Assembly (NCBI GenBank): GCA_046726415.1
Contig: JBKPAK010000255.1
Location: 1-10,198, forward strand
Direction: 5' to 3'
DNA from: Candidatus Methylomirabilota bacterium
GTDB taxonomy: Bacteria; Methylomirabilota; Methylomirabilia; Rokubacteriales; CSP1-6
Length of the DNA: 10,198 nt
Shown here: one piece after another, positions 1 to 7,276 of the stretch
Numbering within the stretch: position 1 is the first letter of the stretch
Layout of the letters: each line of letters begins with the position of its first letter
Position numbers and translations under genes: made by a program
The notes under the pieces: generated by a model
Database searches by the model: none
What the model was told of the DNA's origin: nothing
What the model saw: the letters and a program-made list of their open reading frames with translations, nothing else

Positions 1-994
1 TGGGACCTGGTCCCCCCCGGCACTGACGATGGACGTCTACTTCCCAGCAATGCTTTGTCTAGCCTGGCGACTCTGGATTCGCCGACTCGCTCCGCCGAGC
101 GTTACATTGCGTGCAGCGAAACTACCTCGGCGCGCCTCTTCTTGAACATTCATCGAAAGGTAAGTTTTACACTATCGTTCGATAGAGACGCGGCCTGCCG
201 AAGCTGCCAGGCGAAGAGCGGTCCGACAAGCCGATCATTCCTCGGGCATTTTGACATCCACGCCCTCAGTGACTAGATTCTGGTCAATGGAAGAGTGGTC
301 TGACCTTCAGATCGGCGGGAACGGTCATTTCACAGAGCACTACCGATGTGCTGATCAGAACTGAGGAGGGTTACCCTGCGATGGCCCGGGCAGTCCTACT
401 CACGCGCTCGCGACCAGCCCGGGCTGTCGTTCTCCCCTTGGACTGCCCCAGGATGTGCCGGATCCTCGTCCATTCAGAATCACTTCTGTGTGCACGCCCC
501 GATGACCGCCGAGGACAGCTGGCGAGTCGAGTGGCTAGAATCCGGGCGGCAGCTCCTACCCGGCTCATCGCTCCTATGCAGCCGCACGAGGCCAGTCTCC
601 GGATCGGTCTCCATCCCCCAGGACAGCGGACACGCCGGATTCGGGAAGGCATCGCTACGCCACACTCAGTTCGGGAAAACGACCGGCACGCGGTAACATC
701 GCGTGAATAGGTAGAAATTTTGACCCCACTCCCCCTTTGGTTTTTTCGATCGGCCCGCGGACATAGCTGCTGGCCAACGTCGCGCAGGATCTAACACCGC
801 ACCAAGAGCGTCCGATTTTGGGAGATGAGAAATCAAACCGCGGGAGTCCACGGTCATGCCCGGGCGTGATGGAAAAAAAGGACTCATCGCGGCACCACAC
901 GGTGGGGGCTCATCCCCGAAGCGCTCTCCTCCGCGCGCACCGCAGGCACAGCGCCTCGGGATCGCCCTGTCCGGTCTGTCCGCCCCACCCTCGC

Positions 995-1098
995 ATGACG
1001 CGAATGACGGAATGACGGGATATTCCGGAAAGTCCCTCATGCGCGCGCGCGTATAGAAAAGTCCTCACGTTGCCTGTCATCGCGTCAATCCCGTCATT
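995..1098. repeat. Nested inverted repeats of ATGACG/CGTCAT around an A-rich core
   Basis: ATGACGCGA-ATGACGGA-ATGACGGGAT on the left and TGTCAT-CGCGTCA-ATCCCGTCATT on the right, flanking GCGCGCGCGCGTATAGAAAAGT. Confidence 0.7.
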
Positions 1099-1160
1099 CA
1101 CCGCGGCGGGTCGTCCTCCCCGGGCGTGCGAGAATCTCCGCCTCCGCGCGCGCGCGGAGC

Positions 1161-2555
1161 GTGAAGCGGCCTGACCGTCGTCCCCCGAAGAAGTCGATGT
1201 CCCGCCCCTCGGGCCTCACCCGCCTGAACCCGAACGCCGCCGGTATCGATTGCGGGTCCGAGGAGCATTACGTTGCCGTCCCCGCCGACCGAGACGCCAC
1301 CCCCGTGCGTTCGTTCAAGACCTTCACGGCGGACCTCCACCGTCTCGCCGATTGGCTCATCGCCTGTGGCGTGACCAGCGTGGCCATGGAATCGACCGGA
1401 GTCTATTGGATCCCGCTGTACGAGATCCTCGAGGCCCGGGGCCTCGACGTCGTCCTCGTCAACGCACGTCACGTGAAGAACGTCCCGGGCCGCAAGACCG
1501 ACGTCGTGGACTGTCAGTGGCTCCAGGAGTTGCACAGCGTCGGGTTGCTGCGCGGCAGTTTCCGACCCACCGCTGCCGTCGCGACCCTGCGCGCCTATCT
1601 GCGTCACCGGGAGACCCTTGTACAGAGCGCCGCCACGCACGTCCAGCGCATGCAGAAGGCCCTGGTCCAGATGAACCTCCAGCTGCGACGGTGATCAGCG
1701 ACATCACCGGCGTCACCGGACTCCGCATTCTCCGCGACATCGTCGCCGGGCACACCGATCCCCACGTCCTCGCGCAGCATCGGGACCGCCGGTGTCAGGC
1801 CTCGGCGGCGGAAATCACGGCGGCCCTCACCGGGCATTACCGTCCCGAGCACGTTTTCGTGCTGCAGCAGAACCTTGAGCTCTTCGACGCCTTTCAGCGT
1901 CAGCTGGCCGCCTGCGATGCGGCGATCGAGACCCATCTCGACACGCTCGTCGCCCAGGCGCCAGCCCCGCCGCTGCGTTGCCTGCGCCGCGAACACGGAG
2001 GAAGCCGCGCGACAATGAGCCGCAGTTCGAGATTCGCACCCCACTCCACCAGCTGACCGGCGCCGACCTCACCCAACTTGACGCCATCGGCCCCTACAAT
2101 GCCCTCCGTCTGCTCGCCGAGATTGGCACGGACATGAGCCGCTGGCCACCGAGAAGCACTTCACCTCCTGGCTAACCCTGGCCCCTCACAACAAGATCTC
2201 CGGGGGGCGACTCCTCAGCTCCAAGACGCAGCCTTCCGCCAACCGGGCTGCCGGGATCCTGCGCATGGCGGCCATGAGCCTCGGCCGCACGGAGACCGCG
2301 CTCGGCGCCTTCTATCGCCGCTTGGCCTATCGGGTGGGCAAGGCCAAAGCGATCACGGCGACGGCCCGCAAGCTCGCCATCCTTGTCTACCGCACGCTCA
2401 AAGATGGCTTGGTCTATCACGATCCCGGAGCGACCGCCTACGACACCCTGCACCGCCAGCGTCTCATCCGGCGGTTGCGTCAACGTGCGACCGATCTTGG
2501 TTTGGCCCTCGTCAATCGCGCAACCGGCGAACTGCTCGAAGGCAAAGTTTCTTAG
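1161..2555 (+). pseudogene. IS110-family DEDD transposase/recombinase, split by three frameshifts (~1690, ~1970, ~2150)
   Basis: ORF pieces 1161-1694, the end of 1250-2056, 1978-2175 and 2265-2555 join into one protein. Motifs: AAGIDCG, VAMESTGVYW, VKNVPGRKTDVVD (DEDD), LDAIGP, W(P)TEKHFTSWLTLAP-NKISGG (catalytic Ser loop), KAITATARKLA. The ~2150 shift is a lost C in a C run, so sequencing error is possible. Confidence 0.93.
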
Positions 2556-2559
2556 GAGA

Positions 2560-2658
2560 AGGCGCGACAAAGGCCCGGGTGACGGAACACCCGTTCTCAG
2601 CACCCCGCCCTCCGCGCCGGTCCTCGCCGATCCTCGCGTCCGCCCCCCCACGGACAGC
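2560..2658 (-). repeat. oriIS-like repeat copy 1 (IS91/ISCR-type end), terminus altered where it abuts the IS110 right end
   Basis: Matches 6620-6717 with 3 substitutions and 1 indel. The minus strand ends GCCTTTGTCGCGCCT and then runs into TCTCCTAAG of the IS110. Confidence 0.8.
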
Positions 2659-2970
2659 ACCGTGCTCGCCGGCACCGACTGTCCGAATGTCGCGATCGTC
2701 TCCGGCTTCTCACTGCACCGGGAGCTCGAGCTGCTGGTGCGCGCCGGCCTCTCGCCGATGGGCGCGCTGCTGGCCGCGACCAGCCGTCCGGCCACGCGGC
2801 TCGATCGCGGTGGCGAGTTCGGCACGATCGCCCCTGGCCTCGCCGCCGACCTCGTCCTGCTCGACGCCGATCCCCTGGCCGACATCAGGAACGTCCGGCG
2901 CATCGACCGCGTCATCGCCCGGGGCCGGGTTCACGACCCGCGGGCCCTCGTTGGCGCGGCGCGCCCATAG
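2659..2970 (+). pseudogene. Amidohydrolase-family protein, C-terminal fragment only
   Basis: TVLAGTD...GFSLHRELELLVRAGLSPMGALLAAT...GTIAPGLAADLVLLDADPLADIRN...VIARGR is the typical amidohydrolase C-terminus. The 5' part is replaced by repeat copy 1. Confidence 0.88.
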
Positions 2971-3097
2971 CGCTGCGCGCCGGCCATTCCCCGGCGCGGT
3001 TCCGCACGGCACCGCCACCGGCGCGTTCACCCACGCCGCCGAGCCGGTGCGCATCGGCTCGGCGATATCCAGCGTCACATCGCCTTCGCAGAGCGTA

Positions 3098-3408
3098 GCC
3101 GCCCTGGAAGATGAAGCGCCCGTTCCAGTCCACCGGCAGGCGCACCTCGAAGCGCGTGCCGTAAGGTATGCCGCGCACCCCGGTGCGCTCCTCATGATGC
3201 CCTCCACCCGGCAGGGCGCCGACAGCGTCGCCGTGGCGTCGTTGAACTGCGTGAGCGTGATGCGCGTCGGCTCGCTCGGGAATTTCTGCAGGTTCGCGAG
3301 CGCGGTGCACTCCGCCGGGCCCGGCGCGGCGTGCGCGAGCGCCGGAAATGCGAGCGCGCAGGCAAGGCTTGGCCGCCCGCTCCCTGAAGGTTTCCATCGT
3401 TTGCCCAT
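3098..3408 (-). pseudogene. Tannase/feruloyl-esterase-family alpha/beta hydrolase, N-terminal fragment with one frameshift
   Basis: Signal-peptide-like LACALAFPALAHA, then CTALAN...CRVEGI, and in the shifted frame ERTGVRGIPYGTRFEVRLPVDWNGRFIFQGG. Similarity stops abruptly after FQGG. Confidence 0.8.
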
Positions 3409-3419
3409 TCTTCGACTGC

Positions 3420-5501
3420 TCAATCATCGTCATCATCGTCGTCGTCGTGCCTGCCCCCGGCTTTGCACAGGCGATCAGCGACCGCGTTCGCCGTGCGGTC
3501 GGAGCTCGTCGCGGGAAGGATATTGCGCGCCGCGGCCTCGGCGATGACCGTGTCCGCGTCCTCCTGAAGGAGATGGCGCTTCTTGACCGCCTTGATCGCC
3601 GCAGTCCTGACCGCGCACACGTAGCCGCGCTGCGTGCCGTAGCGCTCCTCGAGCGACAGGCGCGGATCGCCGGAAGCGAGCCGCTCGGCTTCTGTCGTCG
3701 CGAAGGGTATGTTCTGGCCGATCAGCGCGCAGTCCTCGTTTTCCGCGTACGGTGCGCGCCGCAGCGCCCAGCCGGTATGGGTAGCGATCGGCGCCTGCAG
3801 GAACGGATGGCGGAGTCCGGCGACGTCGTTCCCGTCGGCATCGGTCTTCGCGACGAGTACGGCGTAGAACTTGCCGGGGATTTCCATATTGGGCAGGCTC
3901 GTGGTGTCCTTCACCGCGACCGGGTTGTACCAGCCGGTGTAGTTCACGCCGGGAATCTCGGGGAAGCCCTGCACCGATTGCGGCAGCGAGGGCACCGCCG
4001 TGCCGTCCTTCACCCTCGGGTACTGGCTCTTCGGCGGCTTCTTGCCGCGCGTCGCCCAGTCGTCGAGCGCAAGGTAGAGCGCGCGCACCGCCATGTTGTG
4101 CGGCAGCGGGTTCGAGAGCTGCTGGCAGGTCGGGCTCGGTTGATTCGAAGGCCCGTGCTGGGTGCTGGAGACTAGGTACACGCGCACGCCCTTCGGCAAC
4201 CTGATGTCGAGTCCCTGCCCGTCGCTGGTGACCAGGAACAGGGGCTTGAGGTAGACCTCGTTGCCGCTGTCGGTGTGCATCACGTTCGGGCAGGTGTGCG
4301 TGCGCCGGCAGCGGGCGAAGATGCCGTCGGTAAGGCCGCTGATCGGGTCGAAGCGCACCTCGTAGGTGAACGGGAACTCCATCTTGGCGCTGAGATGGCG
4401 CTGGTAGCTGCGGCCGGTGGCGTTGGTGTCGCCGAAGCGGTCGTTGCTCGCGATGGCGTGCGCGCCGGAGATCTTCGGCATGATGCCCTCGAACAGCTGC
4501 CGCCCGTCCTCGTCCTCGTTGAATCCCCAGTACGTGAAGCCCTTGAGGTAGCGGCCGCTCTGCGACGAGCCGTGGGCGATCACGTACTTGATGCCGTTCC
4601 CGAGCGGGTTGTCCGCCGAGTTGCTGTGGCGCAGGAACGAGATCACGTCGCGCGTGGCGGCGAGGCCGAGACCGAGGATCTGCGGGTCCTTCGCCGGGTA
4701 GACGAACTCGAACGCCGCGCCGGCGTCGTAGGGCGCGAGGAAGGGGTGCGTGCGATCGATCCGCACCGTGGTGTCGTTGACGTACGACCACACGTCCGTC
4801 GGCACGAGCACGCGCTCGACCAGCGGCCCGCCCACGAACTGCGTATGGTTGTGCACCAGCATCTTCGCCTGGCCCTGGTCGAGGTTGGCCGCGCGGTAGG
4901 TCAGACTGAACGTATTTCCCGGCGAAGTATCGAAGATCTGCTCGGTGATCGTGTGCTCGACCACCGAACTCCCATCGGGGTTGCGCGCGATCGGCAGCCG
5001 GGCGAGCGCGCGGTCGTCCCCCGGCGGCACCAGCCCCTCGTCCTCCCAGCCGGAGAACACCATCGTGTAGCCGCGGCGCATCAGCAGGCCGTTGCCGGCG
5101 TCGGCCGCCGTGGTCGGGTTGTTGCCGCCGACGTCGTTGAACGCGCCATGCCCCTTGTTGCCGCGGTTAACGACGTCGTAAAACATCCTGCGGTTGCCCT
5201 TCGCGAGGTCGATGGGCTTCAGGATGTGCACGTCGACCGAGTACTCGACCATGCCGCTCGCGTTGCGCGGCGCGAGGTTGATGTCGGTGATGAGCGCGTT
5301 GCGCCGGTCGGCCGGATCGACCTCGCCGTAGGCGCGCGCGAAGATCTTCTCGTACTGGCCGACGTCGCCGAACGCGAGGCCCCCGAACGTCGGCGACTGC
5401 ACGCTCACGATCTCGAGCCGCGTGATGCCAGCTTGCGCCAGCGACGCGGACAGTGCGAATACCGTGGCGACGGCCGCGCAGGTGAATTGCCAGCATTTCA
5501 T
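3420..5501 (-). CDS. Secreted alpha/beta-hydrolase-domain protein (693 aa)
   Basis: Long intact ORF. Likely start is ATG 5501, after AAGGGGG. Signal peptide ending AQA. Motifs GEVDP, YDVVNRG, GYTMVFSGW, GLGLAATRD, nucleophile-like GSSQSGR, DADGNDVAG, DPRLSLEERY. C-terminal poly-Asp tail. Confidence 0.88.
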   Translation of the reverse strand: MKCWQFTCAAVATVFALSASLAQAGITRLEIVSVQSPTFGGLAFGDVGQYEKIFARAYGEVDPADRRNALITDINLAPRNASGMVEYSVDVHILKPIDLAKGNRRMFYDVVNRGNKGHGAFNDVGGNNPTTAADAGNGLLMRRGYTMVFSGWEDEGLVPPGDDRALARLPIARNPDGSSVVEHTITEQIFDTSPGNTFSLTYRAANLDQGQAKMLVHNHTQFVGGPLVERVLVPTDVWSYVNDTTVRIDRTHPFLAPYDAGAAFEFVYPAKDPQILGLGLAATRDVISFLRHSNSADNPLGNGIKYVIAHGSSQSGRYLKGFTYWGFNEDEDGRQLFEGIMPKISGAHAIASNDRFGDTNATGRSYQRHLSAKMEFPFTYEVRFDPISGLTDGIFARCRRTHTCPNVMHTDSGNEVYLKPLFLVTSDGQGLDIRLPKGVRVYLVSSTQHGPSNQPSPTCQQLSNPLPHNMAVRALYLALDDWATRGKKPPKSQYPRVKDGTAVPSLPQSVQGFPEIPGVNYTGWYNPVAVKDTTSLPNMEIPGKFYAVLVAKTDADGNDVAGLRHPFLQAPIATHTGWALRRAPYAENEDCALIGQNIPFATTEAERLASGDPRLSLEERYGTQRGYVCAVRTAAIKAVKKRHLLQEDADTVIAEAAARNILPATSSDRTANAVADRLCKAGGRHDDDDDDDD

Positions 5502-5527
5502 GTCGTATCCCCCTTGTCTCTGGTCCC

Positions 5528-5642
5528 GAGCGTAGGCGCGACAAAGGCCCGGTTGACGGAACACCCGTTCTCAGCACCTCCCTCCCGCGCGGATGCGAAC
5601 CCCGGCAGCGACCGGTTCTCGCGGTCCGCCCCCCGATACAGC
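5528..5642 (-). repeat. oriIS-like repeat copy 2 (diverged), still attached downstream of the IS91 transposase remnant
   Basis: GAGCGTAGGCGCGACAAAGGCCCGGTTGACGGAACACCCGTTCTCAGCACC is near-identical to copies 1 and 3, with weaker similarity out to ACAGC (5638-5642). It ends about 230 nt after the transposase stop, where oriIS is expected. Confidence 0.8.
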
Positions 5643-5662
5643 GCGGACACCCAGCCTGTCAA
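5633..5662 (-). promoter_or_regulatory. Possible outward-facing sigma70-type promoter in the oriIS end
   Basis: Perfect TTGACA at 5662-5657, 18-nt spacer, weak -10 TATCGG at 5638-5633. It points toward the hydrolase gene. Confidence 0.3.
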
Positions 5663-5759
5663 GGGATTTTCTGCCGGCCAACGGAGCGCTGGACCAGGCG
5701 ATGGACCCGCCCCAAGACACGAGGGAGCAGGGGGCAGCGAACGCGATGTCAGGGTGTGC

Positions 5760-5982
5760 TCAGACGCCGATCGCCGCAACGTGGCGGGTGTTCAGCGCTG
5801 GCGCGAACGGCGGCGCCCGACCCGCTAGCTCTCGCGACTCGGCGAGAGCGGCCAGGATCGCGCGAATCGCGTCGGGGTCTTCGACCGTGGCAATCAACCG
5901 CAGGTGTCCACCGAAGCGCGGGGATGCCATCACGTCGATGTCGAACGCGCCGCATCAGATCCGCCCACGCCCAGTGGCGAGG
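5760..5982 (-). pseudogene. IS91/ISCR-family (Y2 rolling-circle) transposase, degenerate C-terminal remnant
   Basis: Manual translation with one frameshift: PRHWAWADLMRR/FDIDVMASPRFGGHLRLIATVEDPDAIRAILAALAESRELAGRAPP...GV*. This fits the W-x-x-L-x-RVF-x-D...CPxCGG...LIA...DP...RAPP tail of the family, with CxxC decayed to SPRF. Confidence 0.85.
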
Positions 5983-6106
5983 GACCTGTGCCTACGGGCT
6001 CCAGCATGGCTCCAGCGTGCGGGGCTGGGGGCTGACGTCATGGGCTGACGTCATGGGGACGGGGGCCAGCAGCGGGGAGCGGGGGCGGAGGGCGTTGATG
6101 TTGCCC
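5983..6106 (+). mobile_element. Second-type oriIS-like end in the opposite orientation, interrupted at its terminus by the IS1111-type element
   Basis: Ends in GCGTTGATGTTGCC, which aligns with GCCTTTGTCGCGCC(TAYG) of the other copies and with the ISCR-type oriIS pattern. G-rich, with short tandem repeats. Confidence 0.55.
6029..6054. repeat. 13-bp perfect tandem repeat GGGCTGACGTCAT x2
   Basis: Seen directly. Each unit contains the palindrome TGACGTCA. GGCTCCAGC is also repeated at about 5997-6016. Confidence 0.9.
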
Positions 6107-6319
6107 TCTATAAAGCGGCCGCCCTAGTCAAGCGCAAACTTCGGATGGCACACGTCCCTTGGTGTTTTCCGTTCGATGCCAAGCCGGGGCCGTCGACAGT
6201 CTGGGTCTCGAAGTGGCACGTCTCCCGGCCCCGGATTCCGCCAACCAGCGACTGGCCTCCTGCGTGACCAGGCGAGTTGGTGATGGTCATCACGCGCACT
6301 CCGCACGTCGGTGGCCTCG

Positions 6320-6520
6320 CGAGTTTCGTCATCCTTCTATTCGCGCTCTTCAGTGACGAGACGTTTCTCGTCGGCGCATGAGGGGAGTCGCGGACGTGGT
6401 GGGGCGCCATCTACGCTACGGCCTCGTAGTGCGGCCAAGGCAACATACGCGCTCCCGCCACATCGCCGTGAACTCCGCGAGCCCTCTGACGTGATCATCG
6501 CCGCGCTGGTGATCCCCTCG
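6320..6520 (-). ncRNA. Bridge RNA / seekRNA of the IS1111-type element (boundaries approximate)
   Basis: 5' hairpin GATCA...TGATC. Target loop: GTGGCGGGAGCGCGT[ATGTTGCCT]TGGCC-loop-GGCCGT[AGCGTAG]ATGGCGCCCCACCAC. Donor loop: CGTCCGC[GACTCCCCT]CATGCGC-GACGAGA/TCTCGTC hairpin-GCGCGA[ATAGAAG]GATGACG. The guides match the element junction. Confidence 0.8.
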
Positions 6521-6523
6521 TCA

Positions 6524-6616
6524 TTAGGCCGGGGCCGACGTCGAGGCGGCCGGGCGGGGGTGCCCACTCGTCTGTCGCGGCGCGAAGCTCGTGCCGTCGC
6601 GCAGCATCGCGTAGAG
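6524..6616 (-). pseudogene. IS110-family transposase, last 30 codons
   Basis: LYAMLRDGTSFAPRQTSGHPRPAASTSAPA*. LYAMLRDGT is a typical IS110/IS1111 C-terminal motif. Truncated by repeat copy 3. Confidence 0.75.
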
Positions 6617-6717
6617 CATAGGCGCGACAAAGGCTGGGGTGACGGAACACCCGTTCTCAGCACCCCGCCCTCCGCGCCGGTCCTCGCCGATCCTCGCGTC
6701 CGCCCCCCACGTACAGC
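6614..6717 (-). repeat. oriIS-like repeat copy 3
   Basis: Near-identical to 2560-2658. The minus strand ends GCCTTTGTCGCGCCTATG-CTC. Confidence 0.82.
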
Positions 6718-6743
6718 TCCGCGATCACCGCGGCCGCGACCCG

Positions 6744-7249
6744 TCACTTCACGTGCACGCCGACCGCGCCGACGAAGATAGTGCCCGAATTCGACGAACT
6801 GAAATGGGTCTCCAGCCACAGGTTCACTGCGCCGGCCGGCATGAACTCCGCGACGGGCGAGAAGTAACACGTGTCAGTCGGGCTTTTCAGGTCCGTACGG
6901 TCGATGTGCCGGATTTTGCCCGGTGCTGTCCCTCACGCCGAGAAACTCCACGAGTCCAATGGCGGTGATCCACGTCCCCGGGTCGGCGCGGTAGCAGACG
7001 GCCATGGCATCGATGACATCATCGCCTAGGGCGATGGGGACCCCCCTGGTGGACAAGAAACCGGTCGCCGCTCTGATCGGTTCTGATCCACAGCCCACCG
7101 AGCGTGTGAATCAGACGGGTATGGAGTGGGTCGGCGACAAACCCGGTCGCGGGAAGCACTCGCCATCCAGCGACCGCGAGGCCCGGCATTATGAAAAGCA
7201 GCAGGAGTGCGACAAGCGAGACCAACCTCAAGCGCCACACATCACTCAT
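6744..7249 (-). pseudogene. Secreted hypothetical protein (~165 aa) with two frameshifts
   Basis: Strong RBS AAAGGAGG and a signal peptide (MSDVWRLRLVSLVALLLLFIMPGLAVA). The frames join as ...FLVHQG/VPIALGDDVIDAMAVCYRADPGTWITAIGLVEF.../GKIRHIDRTDLKSPTDTCYFSPVAEFMPAGAVNLWLETHF...AVGVHVK*. Confidence 0.65.
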
Positions 7250-7276
7250 GACCTGTCCTCCTTTGGTGGAGTGCGA

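Larger units (their letters stand above)
6105..6616 (-). mobile_element. IS110-family (IS1111-type) element, 3' remnant: transposase tail, long downstream non-coding region and right end
   Basis: Transposase tail at 6616-6524, then about 420 nt non-coding, ending CTTGACTAGGGCGGCCGCTTTAT-AGA-(core). The putative subterminal IR sits 3 nt from the core, as in IS1111-type elements. Confidence 0.82.

Noticed and set aside
1-710. Short ORFs such as 55-276, 348-710 and 480-665
   Set aside because: No recognisable motif or clear RBS. The region has lower GC and may be a foreign gene end, but no call can be supported.
900-1160. Candidate bridge RNA upstream of the first IS110
   Set aside because: I found no paired guide loops matching the element's junction. 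The inverted repeats here look like an unrelated origin-type structure.
1161-1171. GTGAAGCGGCC resembles the IS1111-type IR ATAAAGCGGCC at 6110-6120
   Set aside because: It is the first codons of the other transposase, the preceding 7 nt do not match the predicted GGGAGTC, and it is in direct rather than inverted orientation to the right-end IR.
2383-2970. ORF 2383-2970 as a real fusion protein
   Set aside because: It is a chance read-through of an IS110 alternate frame, the repeat and the amidohydrolase tail.
3348-5828. Long overlapping ORFs 4275-5828 (+), 3475-4791 (-) and 3348-4175 (+)
   Set aside because: Shadow ORFs of a high-GC gene, Arg/Ala-rich and without motifs.
2560-6717. Repeats read as a CRISPR array or as integron attC sites
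   Set aside because: They are ~100 nt long, 1-3 kb apart, lack RYYYAAC/GTTRRRY boxes and have no cas or intI gene nearby. Their position after an IS91 tail explains them better.
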